Of a stretch of DNA of 64,000 nt, positions 1-10,181 are shown piece after piece (position 1 is the stretch's first letter; every line of letters starts with the position of its first letter). The translations under genes and the position numbers were made by a program. Source of the stretch: an uncultured Alphaproteobacteria bacterium (GTDB lineage Bacteria > Pseudomonadota > Alphaproteobacteria > ATCC43930 > CGMCC-115725). The DNA lies in NCBI GenBank assembly GCA_963799085.1, contig CAWCWA010000013.1, positions 140,314 to 204,313 on the forward strand, in the 5' to 3' direction. The notes under the pieces are model-generated. The model saw nothing but the letters and a program-made list of their open reading frames with translations, was not told the origin of the DNA and did not search any database.

Positions 1-53
1 TCAAGAGCCGCGGATCGAGGCATTTCTGCCCGCAGAACTCGGCGGGCGGCAGC

Positions 54-1346
54 TCAGCGCCCGCGCCAGGAAATGCGCCAGATCGTGCCGTTGCCGTCCT
101 CGCCGACCAGAAGCGAACCGTCGCCCGCGACCGTGACGCCGACCGGGCGGGCCCAGACCTGGCGGTCGTTGACGACGAAGCCAGTCAGGAAATCCTCGTA
201 CTCACCAGTCGGCCGGCCGTCCTTGAACAGCACCCGCACGACCTTGTAGCCGGTGCGTTTGGTCCTGTTCCACGAGCCGTGCAGCGCAACGAAGGCGTCG
301 CCGCGGTATTCTTCGGGGAATTGCACGGCATCGTAGAACGCGATTTCGAGGGGTGCGGAATGCGGCTGCAGCAGCACGTCCGGCAGCACCACGCGGTCGC
401 GCAAAGCTGGCTCTTCTCCCTGGTGCCGCGGGTCCGCGTTGCCGCCGATATAGAACCACGGCCAGCCGTAGAAGGCTCCCTGACGGATGCGGGTCACGAA
501 GTCGGGCGGCAGATCGTCGCCGAGCCCGTCGCGCTCGTTGACCGTGCACCAGAGGTCGCCGGTCGCCCGCTGCACCGCCAATCCGACGCAATTGCGCAAG
601 CCCGTTGCAAAGAATTGCCTGTCGCGGCCTTCGGGCGTGAAGGACAGCACCATTGCGCGCCCCTCCTCCGGCTCCCAGCGGGCGCCGATCCAGCGCTCGG
701 CCGCGTTGCTGCGCGAGCCGACCGAAACGAAGAGCCGCTTTCCGTCGGCGGAAAAGACGATGTCGCGCGTCCAATGCCCGCCACGCGGCAGGTCGGGCAC
801 GACTGTCTCGGCCGGTCCCGCCGCCCGCTGATCTCCGACCCGATACGGATACCGCACCACCGAGCCGGTATTCGCTATGTAGACAAAGCGCGGGTTGGGT
901 CCCGGCGGCCAGAATGCGATCCCGAACGGCTTGTCGAGCCCCTCGGCAAAGGTCGCGATCTCGGGCGCGCCGCCGGTCGGATGCAGCAGCAGAATGCGGC
1001 CGGGCTCGCTTTCGGCGACAAAGACATCGCCGTTGGGCGCGGTTCGTAGCAGCCGCGGCTTGTCGAGCCCGACGGCATAACGCTCGACGACAAAGCCCTC
1101 GGGCGCCTTTGGCCACACGCCGGCCGGCTGGCGGACGACGGTCGGGACGTGCTGCGCGCTTGCGGTCAGATAGGGCGCCGGCAGGTCGGCCGCGGTGATC
1201 CGCCGCCGCAGGCCCGGATAATCGTCGCGCCAGTCGCCATAAGCCGCACTGCCGGTCAACTCCGCGCGCACCTCGCCTGCCGCCGAAGCCGCTACGGCGA
1301 CGCCGACCAACGCCGCGGCGATAATCAGCTTCGAATCTGCTAACAT
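54..1346 (-). CDS. Secreted soluble PQQ-dependent sugar dehydrogenase (glucose/sorbosone dehydrogenase family).
   Basis: 430-aa ORF with an N-terminal signal peptide (LIIAAALVGVAVAASAAG); beta-propeller GSDH-like motifs (GLDKP...GIAF, GDLW, NGTIW). Confidence 0.6.
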   Translation of the reverse strand: MLADSKLIIAAALVGVAVAASAAGEVRAELTGSAAYGDWRDDYPGLRRRITAADLPAPYLTASAQHVPTVVRQPAGVWPKAPEGFVVERYAVGLDKPRLLRTAPNGDVFVAESEPGRILLLHPTGGAPEIATFAEGLDKPFGIAFWPPGPNPRFVYIANTGSVVRYPYRVGDQRAAGPAETVVPDLPRGGHWTRDIVFSADGKRLFVSVGSRSNAAERWIGARWEPEEGRAMVLSFTPEGRDRQFFATGLRNCVGLAVQRATGDLWCTVNERDGLGDDLPPDFVTRIRQGAFYGWPWFYIGGNADPRHQGEEPALRDRVVLPDVLLQPHSAPLEIAFYDAVQFPEEYRGDAFVALHGSWNRTKRTGYKVVRVLFKDGRPTGEYEDFLTGFVVNDRQVWARPVGVTVAGDGSLLVGEDGNGTIWRISWRGR

Positions 1347-1383
1347 CAGGCATTCCTCGAAACACGTTCGTCAAAGGATCCCC

Positions 1384-3066
1384 ATGGCGGCCTACCAGTA
1401 CATCTATGTGATGAAGGGCTTGAACAAGACCTATTCCGGCGGTCGCGAGGTGCTCAAGGACATCTGGCTGTCGTTCCTGCCGGGAGCCAAGATCGGTGTC
1501 CTCGGCGCGAACGGGGCCGGCAAATCCACCCTGCTGCGGATCATGGCCGGGGAGGAGCGCGACTTCGCCGGCGAGGCTTGGGCCGCCGAGGGCGCGCGGG
1601 TCGGCCATCTGCCGCAGGAGCCCGCGCTCGACCCGGCCAAGGATGTGTTCGGCAACATCGTCGAGGGCCTCGCCGAGACCAAGGCGCTCCTCGATCGCTT
1701 CGAGGCGGTCAGCGCCCGCTTTGCCGAGGACCTGTCGCCCGACGAGATGGAGGCACTGATCGCCGAGCAGGGCGAATTGCAGGAAAAGATCGACCAGGCC
1801 GATGCCTGGGACCTCGACCGCACGATCGAGATCGCTATGGATGCGCTGCGCTGTCCGCCGGGCTATGCCGAAATCGCCCCGCTCTCGGGCGGCGAACGGC
1901 GCCGCGTCGCGCTGTGCCGGCTCTTGCTGCAGCGCCCCGACCTGCTATTGCTCGACGAGCCGACCAACCACCTCGACGCCGAGTTGGTGGCTTGGCTGCA
2001 GCGCTTTCTGGAAGACTATCCGGGCACCGTGGTCACGGTCACGCACGACCGCTATTTTCTCGACGAGGTGGCCGGCTGGATCCTCGAACTCGACCGTGGC
2101 CGCGGCATCCCCTACCAGGGCAATTATTCGGGCTGGCTCGAGCAGAAGCGGCAGCGGCTCGAACAGGAAGGCCGCCAGGAGGCGGCCCGGCAGCGCACCC
2201 TCGAGCGCGAACTCGAATGGGTCAGGCAGAGCCCGCGCGCCCGCCAGGCGAAGAGCCGCGCCCGGCTCCAGGCCTATGACGCGCTCGTCGCGCAGAGCCG
2301 GGAAGCAGCACCCGAGACCGCGCAAATCGTTTTGCCGCCCGGACCCCGGCTCGGCGACGTGGTCATTATCGCCGACAATGTCGAAAAGGCGTTCGGCGAC
2401 CGCCTGCTGATCGATCAGTTGAGTTTTCGCCTGCCGCCGGGCGGCATCGTCGGGGTGATAGGACCCAACGGCGCCGGCAAGACGACCCTCTGCCGCATGA
2501 TCACCGGCGAGGAGCAGCCCGACCGCGGGTCCTTGCGGATCGGCGATACGGTCAAGCTCGGCTATGTCGATCAATCCCGCGACACATTGAACCCGGCCAG
2601 CACCGTTTGGCAGGAGATTTCCGGCGGACGGGACGAGATCGATCTCGGGCGCCGCCGCATGGCAAGCCGGGCCTACTGCTCGCTGTTCAACTTCCGTGGC
2701 GCCGACCAGCAGAAGAAGGTGGGCCAGCTATCGGGCGGCGAACGCAACCGCGTCCACCTAGCGAAAATGCTGAAGGAGGGCAACAACGTGCTCCTCCTCG
2801 ACGAGCCGACCAACGATCTCGACGTCGACACGCTGCGCGCGCTCGAAGAGGCGCTGCTCGATTTTGCCGGCTGCGCCGTCGTGGTCACCCATGACCGCTG
2901 GTTTCTCGACCGGGTGGTGACGCACATTCTCGCCTTCGAGGGCGACAGCCAGCTTGTCTGGTTCGAGGGCAACTACGCCGATTACGAGGCCGACCGTCGG
3001 CGCCGGCTCGGCGAGGCCGCGAGCCAGCCGCACCGCATCCGCTACAAGCCCCTGGTCCGGGCCTAG
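1384..3066 (+). CDS. ettA: ABC-F ATPase, energy-dependent translational throttle protein EttA.
   Basis: 560 aa with two ABC domains (GVLGANGAGKST, GVIGPNGAGKTT, two LSGGE signatures); characteristic N-terminus MAAYQYIYVMKGLNKTY; ATG at 1384. Confidence 0.85.
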   Translation: MAAYQYIYVMKGLNKTYSGGREVLKDIWLSFLPGAKIGVLGANGAGKSTLLRIMAGEERDFAGEAWAAEGARVGHLPQEPALDPAKDVFGNIVEGLAETKALLDRFEAVSARFAEDLSPDEMEALIAEQGELQEKIDQADAWDLDRTIEIAMDALRCPPGYAEIAPLSGGERRRVALCRLLLQRPDLLLLDEPTNHLDAELVAWLQRFLEDYPGTVVTVTHDRYFLDEVAGWILELDRGRGIPYQGNYSGWLEQKRQRLEQEGRQEAARQRTLERELEWVRQSPRARQAKSRARLQAYDALVAQSREAAPETAQIVLPPGPRLGDVVIIADNVEKAFGDRLLIDQLSFRLPPGGIVGVIGPNGAGKTTLCRMITGEEQPDRGSLRIGDTVKLGYVDQSRDTLNPASTVWQEISGGRDEIDLGRRRMASRAYCSLFNFRGADQQKKVGQLSGGERNRVHLAKMLKEGNNVLLLDEPTNDLDVDTLRALEEALLDFAGCAVVVTHDRWFLDRVVTHILAFEGDSQLVWFEGNYADYEADRRRRLGEAASQPHRIRYKPLVRA

Positions 3067-3074
3067 ACGGTCGG

Positions 3075-3689
3075 TCAGGAGCCGCCGGCGGCCGCCATCT
3101 TCTGGCGCAGCAGCGCCAGAAGGCCCTCGACCTTGCCGCCGTTGCGCTGGATCACCGAGGCGAATTCCGAACGCTGCGTCACCGCCATGCTGACGCCCTC
3201 GACGACCACGTCGGTGATCTTGTAATTGCCGTTGACCAGGGTCACGCGCCAATCGACCTTGGCGGGAGGCGCACCGTTCGTGCGGATGATCTCGCTCGCC
3301 ACGATCGCCCCGTCCGGGTCCGGACGGCTGCCGATGACGCGCAACTGCTCGCCGCCGTAATCGGCCAGCCGATTGGCGTAGGCGAGCGCGATATAACCCT
3401 CGAAGAGCCGGACGAATTCCTGCTGCTCGGCCTGGGTCGCCACCCGCCAATAGCGGCCAAGGACAAAACGCGCGATCACCGGCACGTCGAAATCCTCGCG
3501 GAATAGCTGGCGAAACCGAGCCGCCCGCTCCGGCGATTTGACGTTCTTGCCGAGCACCGCGAGCGCCTGGTTGCCGAGGTCGCGGATCAGCGCCGCCGGG
3601 TCCGGAGCAGCCGCCGCAGGAGCCGCCGCCATCGCCGCCGCCGCCAGGAACGCGAAGGCGGCGGAAAACAGGGAACGTCGCATCATCAC
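3075..3689 (-). CDS. mlaC: MlaC/Ttg2D-family periplasmic phospholipid-binding protein.
   Basis: 204 aa with signal peptide; Ttg2D-like motifs (FVLGRYW, VEGVSMAVTQRSEF); its stop overlaps the start of the next gene. Confidence 0.6.
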   Translation of the reverse strand: MMMRRSLFSAAFAFLAAAAMAAAPAAAAPDPAALIRDLGNQALAVLGKNVKSPERAARFRQLFREDFDVPVIARFVLGRYWRVATQAEQQEFVRLFEGYIALAYANRLADYGGEQLRVIGSRPDPDGAIVASEIIRTNGAPPAKVDWRVTLVNGNYKITDVVVEGVSMAVTQRSEFASVIQRNGGKVEGLLALLRQKMAAAGGS

Positions 3690-4561
3690 CGGGATACCTC
3701 GGAACCGCTGGGCAGTTGCGAAACGACAACGGTCGGCGCACCCGTCTGGTTCACCGCGATGGCCGGCGCCGCCAAGCCGTTACGGCTGAAGCCCGGGTTT
3801 GGCGGCAGGTTCTCGCGCTCGTTGTGGATCAGTGCCGCGCGTCTCTGACGATAGAGCGAACGGATCGTCGCATAATAATCGAGCGAGGTGCGCTCGATGT
3901 CGGCCAGGGACTCGATATAGCGCGAGCGCTGATCGATGCCGGAGACGCCGCCGCGCACAAACGAGATCCACACCATGTGGTGGTCGGCGGCGATGATATT
4001 CCACGGATCGGCGAAGCCCTCGGCCACCTGGCCTGTGAGATCGCGCGGGTCGGAAGGGCCGAGCACCGGTATGATCAGATAGGGTCCCTCCGGCACGCCC
4101 CAGACGCCGAACGTCACGCCGAAATCCTGCTCGTGATAAGGGATGCCCCAGCGCCCGGCGACATCGACGAGCCCAGCCATCCCGATCGTCGAGTTTATGA
4201 CGAATCGCGCCAGCGTATCCCCGGCGAGATGAAACTTGCCCTGTAGCGTGTCGTTGGCGAAGATCAGCGGCGCTCGCAAATTGTACAGGAAGTCGCGCGC
4301 CGAATCGCGTAGCGGGTCGGACAATACCGTGCGATAGGCTTTTGCCACCGGCACCAGCACATTGCGGTCGACCACCTGGTTGAAATCGAAAATCGCGCGG
4401 TTGGTGTCTTCGAAAGGATCGTTGAAATCCTCCTCGACGGCCGCGCCCTGCGGCGGCGCCTTCGAAGAAGAGGCGCATCCGGCCATCGCCAGCGCCGCGA
4501 GGACGATCAGCTGCGACACGACGAGTCGGATCGGGCGAAGGGTCATCGAAAGGTCTCGCAT
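3686..4561 (-). CDS. mlaA: MlaA/VacJ-family outer-membrane lipoprotein.
   Basis: Lipobox LAMAGC after MRDLSMTLRPIRL (ATG at 4561 or 4546); VacJ-like core (NDPFE..NR..FxFN, GPYLIIPVLGPS). The longer track ORF to 4891 has an unsupported N-terminal extension. Confidence 0.6.
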   Translation of the reverse strand: MRDLSMTLRPIRLVVSQLIVLAALAMAGCASSSKAPPQGAAVEEDFNDPFEDTNRAIFDFNQVVDRNVLVPVAKAYRTVLSDPLRDSARDFLYNLRAPLIFANDTLQGKFHLAGDTLARFVINSTIGMAGLVDVAGRWGIPYHEQDFGVTFGVWGVPEGPYLIIPVLGPSDPRDLTGQVAEGFADPWNIIAADHHMVWISFVRGGVSGIDQRSRYIESLADIERTSLDYYATIRSLYRQRRAALIHNERENLPPNPGFSRNGLAAPAIAVNQTGAPTVVVSQLPSGSEVSR

Positions 4562-4694
4562 CGGGCGGTCATCTCGTCCTCCGGCAAGATAATTGCGGGA
4601 ATTTAACCGCAGCGGCAAGAGCAGCCTGATGCGGCGGTGATTCTGCCGATCGGATTGTCGGTCGATGTTGCGCTCGGGCCAAGAGGCTTGTCGA

Positions 4695-4716
4695 CATAAA
4701 CATATCCGTATATGCT
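4695..4716. promoter_or_regulatory. Imperfect AT-rich palindrome (CATATCCGTATATG) about 30 bp upstream of the sahR-like start; candidate operator.
   Basis: Seen directly in the sequence; the only strongly AT-rich dyad in the 4562-4745 intergenic region. Confidence 0.3.
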
Positions 4717-4745
4717 GGTTTCCGAATAGAACGACCAAAGAAGCG

Positions 4746-5738
4746 ATGGAAGAGCTGCTGAATGCATTGCGCGCGATTGCCGAACCGACCAGGCTGCGGC
4801 TCGTCGTGCTGTGCGCGCGCGGCGAACTGACCGTGACCGAACTGACCCAGATCCTCGGCCAGAGCCAGCCGCGCGTCTCGCGCCACCTCAAGCTGTTGTG
4901 CGAGGCCGGCGTCTTCGACCGCTTCCGCGAAGGCAGCTGGGTGTTCTACCGCTTGAACCGGTCGGGTGCAGCGGGCGCGATCATTCGCCAGCTGGTCGCC
5001 GACTGCGACGACGCCGACCCGACGATCACTCTCGACCTGCAGCGCTTGGATGGGATCAAGCGGCAGCGCGCCGACCTCGCCCGCACCTATTTCCGCCACA
5101 ATGCGGCGCGCTGGGACCGCATCCGCTCGCTCTACGTCGACGAGCGCGAGGTCGAGGCGGCGTTGCTCGAGATCGTCGCCGCCGCCGATCCGCGCGATCT
5201 GCTCGACATCGGCACCGGAACCGGCCGGATGCTCGAGGTCCTGGCGCCGCGGGTCGAGCACGCCCTCGGCATCGACCAGTCGCGCGAGATGCTGTCGGTG
5301 GCGCGGGTCAATCTCGAACGCGCCGGGCTCGACAATGGCGCGGTGCGGCTCGGCGACATGTACCAGCTGGCCTTGCCGGACGGCTCCTTCGACGCGGTGG
5401 TCGTGCACCAGGTCTTGCATTACGCCGACCGTCCGGCGGCGGCGATTGCCGAGGCGGCGCGGGTCTTGCGGCCGGACGGCGTCCTGGTGCTAGTCGATTT
5501 CGCGCCGCACGCGCTCGAATTCCTGCGCGACGAGCACGCCCATCGCCGGCTCGGCTTCGCCGATAGCGAGATCGCCGATTGGTGCCGCGCCGCCCGGCTC
5601 GAACCGGCCGCACCGAGCCGCCTGCCAGGTGATCCGCTGACCGTGGTGATCTGGACCGCATACCGGCGGTCGGCGCCGGCAAATCCGCGCTTCGCCGAAC
5701 GCGTGCCCGAGAGGCAGTTGGAGGGGGAATTGGGCTGA
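4746..5738 (+). CDS. sahR: ArsR/SmtB-family regulator fused to a SAM-dependent methyltransferase-like effector domain (SahR-like regulator of methionine/SAM-cycle genes).
   Basis: wHTH motif (LRLVVLCARGELTVTELTQILGQSQPRVSRHLKLL) followed by a class I MTase fold (LLDIGTGTGRML, VLRPDG); TGA/ATG overlap with metF at 5736-5740. Confidence 0.6.
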   Translation: MEELLNALRAIAEPTRLRLVVLCARGELTVTELTQILGQSQPRVSRHLKLLCEAGVFDRFREGSWVFYRLNRSGAAGAIIRQLVADCDDADPTITLDLQRLDGIKRQRADLARTYFRHNAARWDRIRSLYVDEREVEAALLEIVAAADPRDLLDIGTGTGRMLEVLAPRVEHALGIDQSREMLSVARVNLERAGLDNGAVRLGDMYQLALPDGSFDAVVVHQVLHYADRPAAAIAEAARVLRPDGVLVLVDFAPHALEFLRDEHAHRRLGFADSEIADWCRAARLEPAAPSRLPGDPLTVVIWTAYRRSAPANPRFAERVPERQLEGELG

Positions 5739-6673
5739 TGATCGAGAATGGAGCGGCCCCGCCGCGCGGCCTGCTCGGCGCCGACCCGGTGATCGATTTC
5801 GACGCCGGCCCGCCGCGCGTCTCGTTCGAATTCTTTCCGCCGAAGAGTGCGGAGATGGAGGCGCGGCTGTGGGAGGTGGTCAAGCGCGTCGAACCCCTGG
5901 CGCCGCGCTTTGTCTCGGTGACCTACGGCGCCGGCGGCTCGACCCGCGAGCGCACCCATGCGACGGTGCGCCGCATCCGCCATGAGACCGCGCTCGAACC
6001 CGCGGCGCATCTGACCTGCGTTGCCGCCAGCCGCGCCGACATCGACGTCGTGGCCGAGGATTATTGGCAGGCCGGGATCCGCCATATCGTCGCCCTGCGC
6101 GGCGATCCGCCCGCGGGCGGCGAGCGCTACCGGCCGCATCCCGAGGGCTACGCCCGCGCCGCCGACCTGGTCGCCGGGCTGAGGCGCGTTGCCGATTTCG
6201 AAATCAGCGTCGCCGCCTATCCCGAAACCCATCCCGAAGCGCTCAGCGCCCGGCACGACCTCGACAATCTGAAGGCCAAGATCGACGCCGGCGCCAGCCG
6301 CGCCATCACCCAGTATTTCTTCGATGTCGACCTCTATTTGCGCTTTCGCGACCGGGCCGCGGCCGCCGGGATCTCGGTCCCGATCGTTCCCGGCATCCTG
6401 CCGGTCACCAATTACGCGCAGGTTAAGAAATTCAGCGCCGCCTGCGGCGCCGCGATCCCCGATTGGATGGAGGGCCATTTCGCCGGGCTCGACGACGACC
6501 CCGACACCCGCCGTCTCGTCGCCGCCTCGATCGCCGCCGAACAGTGCCGGCGGCTGCACGCCAACGGCGTTCACGAGTTCCACTTTTATACCTTGAACCG
6601 AGCCGATCTGATCGTCGCGATCTGTCACCTCCTCGGCGTGCGCGCGAAGCGCCCGGCTGTGGCGATCGCCTGA
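5738..6673 (+). CDS. metF: 5,10-methylenetetrahydrofolate reductase.
   Basis: 311 aa; SFEFFPPK...VTYGAGGSTRERT...HLTCV motifs typical of MetF. Confidence 0.85.
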   Translation: MIENGAAPPRGLLGADPVIDFDAGPPRVSFEFFPPKSAEMEARLWEVVKRVEPLAPRFVSVTYGAGGSTRERTHATVRRIRHETALEPAAHLTCVAASRADIDVVAEDYWQAGIRHIVALRGDPPAGGERYRPHPEGYARAADLVAGLRRVADFEISVAAYPETHPEALSARHDLDNLKAKIDAGASRAITQYFFDVDLYLRFRDRAAAAGISVPIVPGILPVTNYAQVKKFSAACGAAIPDWMEGHFAGLDDDPDTRRLVAASIAAEQCRRLHANGVHEFHFYTLNRADLIVAICHLLGVRAKRPAVAIA

Positions 6674-6685
6674 CTGCCTCTGCCG

Positions 6686-9600
6686 ATGACCCATTTCCTC
6701 GACTTTCTCGCTGACCGGGTCGTGTTGTGCGACGGTGCCATGGGGACCCAGGTGCAGGCCCGCGACCTCGATGTCGAGCGCGATTTTCTCGGTCTCGAAA
6801 ACTGCACCGAGATTGTCTGCGAGAGCCGCCCCGACCTGATCCGCGAAATCCATCGCGGCTATTTGGCGGCTGGCTGCGATGCGATCCAGACCAACAGCTT
6901 TGGCGGCTCGCCGATCACGCTCGGCGAATTCGGGCTCGCCGACCGCGCCCATGCGCTCAACCGCCTCGCCGCCGAACTGGCGCGCGAAGCTGTCGCCGAA
7001 TTCGCCCATGAGGGCCGCACCCGCTTTGTGCTGGGTTCGATCGGCCCAGGCACCCGACTGCCCTCGCTCGGCCACGTCCCATACCAGGATGTCGAGGACG
7101 CGCTCGCTATTCAGTCGGCAGGGCTGGTCGCCGGCGGCGTCGACGGCATCCTGATCGAAACCTGCCAGGACCCGCTGCAGATCAAGGCCGCGGTCAACGG
7201 CGCCAAGCGGGCCCGCGCTGAAGCCAACAGCGACATCCCGATCATGGTGCAGGTAACGATCGAGACGACGGGGGCGCTTCTCGTCGGCGCCGACATCGCC
7301 GCCGCGGCGACCATCGTCCACGCGCTCGACGTGCCGTTGATCGGGCTCAACTGCGCCACCGGCCCGCGCGAGATGGCCGAACACGTCAAATGGCTGGGCG
7401 AGAACTGGCCCGGCCCGATCTCGGTCCAGCCCAATGCCGGGCTCCCCGAACTCGTCGGCGGCCGCGCGCAATACCCGCTTGGCCCTACCGAACTTGCGCA
7501 ATGGCTCGAACGCTTCGTGATCGAGGACGGCGTCAACATGGTGGGCGGCTGCTGCGGCACCGATATCGCCCATATCGCAGCCCTCGACGCGATGCTGCGC
7601 CGCATCGGTCGCGACCGCCCCCGCCCGTTGCCGCGCGCCCGGCGTCCGGTCTGGGCTCCCGCCGTGGCCTCGCTCTACGGGCAGGTGGCGCTGCGCCAGG
7701 AAAACGCCTGGCTGTCGATCGGCGAGCGCTGTAACGCCAATGGCTCGCGCAAATTCCGCCAGTTGCAGGACGAGGGCAGATTGGGACGGCTGCGTCGAGA
7801 TGGGGCGCGAGCAGGTGCGCGAAGGCTCGCACACGCTCGATCTGTGCACCGCCTTTGTCGGCCGCGACGAGGTCGCCGACATGAGCGAGGCGGTGACCCG
7901 CATGCGCGGCGCCGTCAATGCCCCGCTTGTCATCAACTCGACCGAATACCCGGTGCTCGAAGCCGCCCTCAAGCTCTATGGCGGCAAGCCGATCATCAAT
8001 TCGATCAATTTCGAGGACGGCGAAGAGGCCGCGGCGAAACGGCTCCAGCTTGCCCGCCGGTTTGGCGCCGCCGTCATCGCGCTGACGATCGACGAGACCG
8101 GCATGGCCAAGGAGGTCGAGCACAAGGTCGAGGTCGCCCGCCGCCTCCACGATTTCGCCTGCAACAAGCACGGCCTGCCGCCGTCCGATCTTCTCTTCGA
8201 CCCGCTGACCTTTACGATCTGCACCGGCAACGAGGATGACCGGAGGCTCGGCCTCAACACGCTCGACGCGATCGAGGCGATCGCCGATGCGATGCCCGAC
8301 TGCCAGATCATCCTCGGGCTTTCCAACATCTCCTTTGGCCTCAACCCGCCGGCGCGCCAGATCCTGAATTCGGTCTTTCTCGACCATGCGCTGCGCCGCG
8401 GGCTGACCGGCGCCATCGTGCATTTCTCGCGGATCACGCCGCTGCACCGCATCCCGGCCGAGGAGGCGCGGATCGCCGAGGATCTGATCTTCGACCGCCG
8501 CCGCGAGGGCTACGACCCGCTGCACGCCTTCATCGCGCTCTTCGAGAACCGCGCCGCCGAAAAGAGCGAGAAAAAGGCCCGCCCGGAAAAGCTCGAAGAC
8601 CGCCTCGCCCAGCGCATCGTCGACGGCGACCGCCAGGGGCTAGAAGCCGATCTCGATCTGGCGATGCGTAGCTGGAGCCCGCTCGACATCATAAACAACA
8701 TTCTCTTGGACGGCATGAAGACGGTCGGCGAACTGTTCGGCGCCGGCAAGATGCAGCTCCCCTTCGTGTTGCAGTCGGCCGAGACGATGAAGACCGCGGT
8801 GCGCTTTCTCGAACCGCATATGGAGCGCGTCGAGGGCCAGCAGAAAGGCACCGTGGTGCTGGCGACCGTGCGCGGCGACGTGCACGACATCGGCAAGAAC
8901 CTCGTCGACATCATCCTGACCAACAACGGCTACCGGGTCATCAATCTCGGCATCAAGCAGCCGATCGGCGCGATCCTCGAAGCCGCTTCCATGCACCGGG
9001 CCGACGCTGTCGGCATGTCGGGGCTGCTCGTCAAATCGACCGTCGTGATGCGCGAGAACCTCGAAGAGATGAGCCGCCAGGGGCTCGACCTGCCGGTCAT
9101 GCTGGGGGGTGCTGCCTTGACCCGGCGCTATGTCGAGGAAGATTGCGTCAAGTCCTATGCTTCGGGCCGGGTCGCCTACGCCCGCGACGCCTTCGACGGG
9201 CTGGGGCTGATGGACAAGATCGTCGCCGGCGAGTTCGACACGCATCTCGACGCGGCGCGCCACCGGAACGAGAGCCGGCCCGTCAACCCGTCGCGCAAGC
9301 TCGGCCGCGCCGCCGATCCCCGCCCGCTGCGCCCCGTGGACCTCGACGAGATCCGGTTGCGCCGCGCGGAACTCAACCGCGGCGTGCCGGTGCCGCAGCC
9401 GCCCTTCTGGGGCCCGCGCACGATCGAGCGCGTCTCGCCAAAGGCGGTCGTCCCTTACCTCAACGAGCGCATGCTCTACCAATTCCAGTGGGGCTACCGC
9501 AAAGACGGCAAGTCGCTCGCCGAGTACCGCGAATGGGCGAGGGACGAACTGCGCCCGGTATTGCGGCGCATTCTCGACATCGCGGTCGGCGAGGAGATCC

Positions 9601-10181
9601 TGACGCCGCAGGCCGCCTATGGCTATTGGCCGTGCGCCGCCGAGGGCAACGACGTGATCCTGTTCGACCGTGACGACGGGCGCGAGCTGACGCGGTTTTC
9701 GTTCCCCCGCCAGAACCGGGAAGGCGGTCTCTGCATCGCCGATTTTTTCCGCGACGTCGCCAGCAACGAGCGCGACGTGATCGGGCTGCAGGTGGTGACG
9801 ATGGGCCGCCGCGCCTCGGAGGCGGCGCGCGAATGGTTCGCCGAGAACCGCTATCAGGACTACCTCTACCTGCACGGCCTCTCGGTCGAGATGGCCGAGG
9901 CGCTCGCCGAATACGTTCACAGGCGGGTGCGCGGCGAATTGGGCTTCGCCGCCGAGGAGGCGCGCGACCCGGACGCGATGCTTTCGCAAGGCTATCGCGG
10001 CAGCCGCTATTCTTTCGGCTACCCGGCCTGCCCCAACCTCGCCGACCAGAAGCAGTTGCTGGAGCTACTGCGCGCCGAGGCGATCGGCATCACGCTCTCC
10101 GAGGAAGACCAGCTCGACCCCGAGCAATCCACCTCCGCGATCATCGTCCACCACCCCCAGGCGAAGTACTTTTCGGTGTGA
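6686..10181 (+). CDS. metH: Cobalamin-dependent methionine synthase MetH; the reading frame breaks near 7772-7780, giving apparent ORFs 6686-7780 and 7740-10181.
   Basis: The Hcy-binding domain (GAMGTQ, GCCGT) sits in frame 2 up to ...ERCNANGSRKFRQLQDEG. The conserved continuation DWDGCVEMGREQV..., then the pterin, B12 (GDVHDIGKN) and AdoMet domains sit in frame 0. Confidence 0.8.

Noticed and set aside
202-1608. Long ORFs in the ORF track antisense to or overlapping real genes (for example 202-1608, 2758-3741, 5420-7972 at 850 aa, 14080-14958, 17030-17854, 34768-36687 at 639 aa, 11320-12735).
   Set aside because: They are typical stop-codon-poor alternative frames of 65% GC DNA, rich in Arg, Ala, Gly and Pro, with no domain signatures, each fully overlapped by a gene with clear homology on the other strand or frame.
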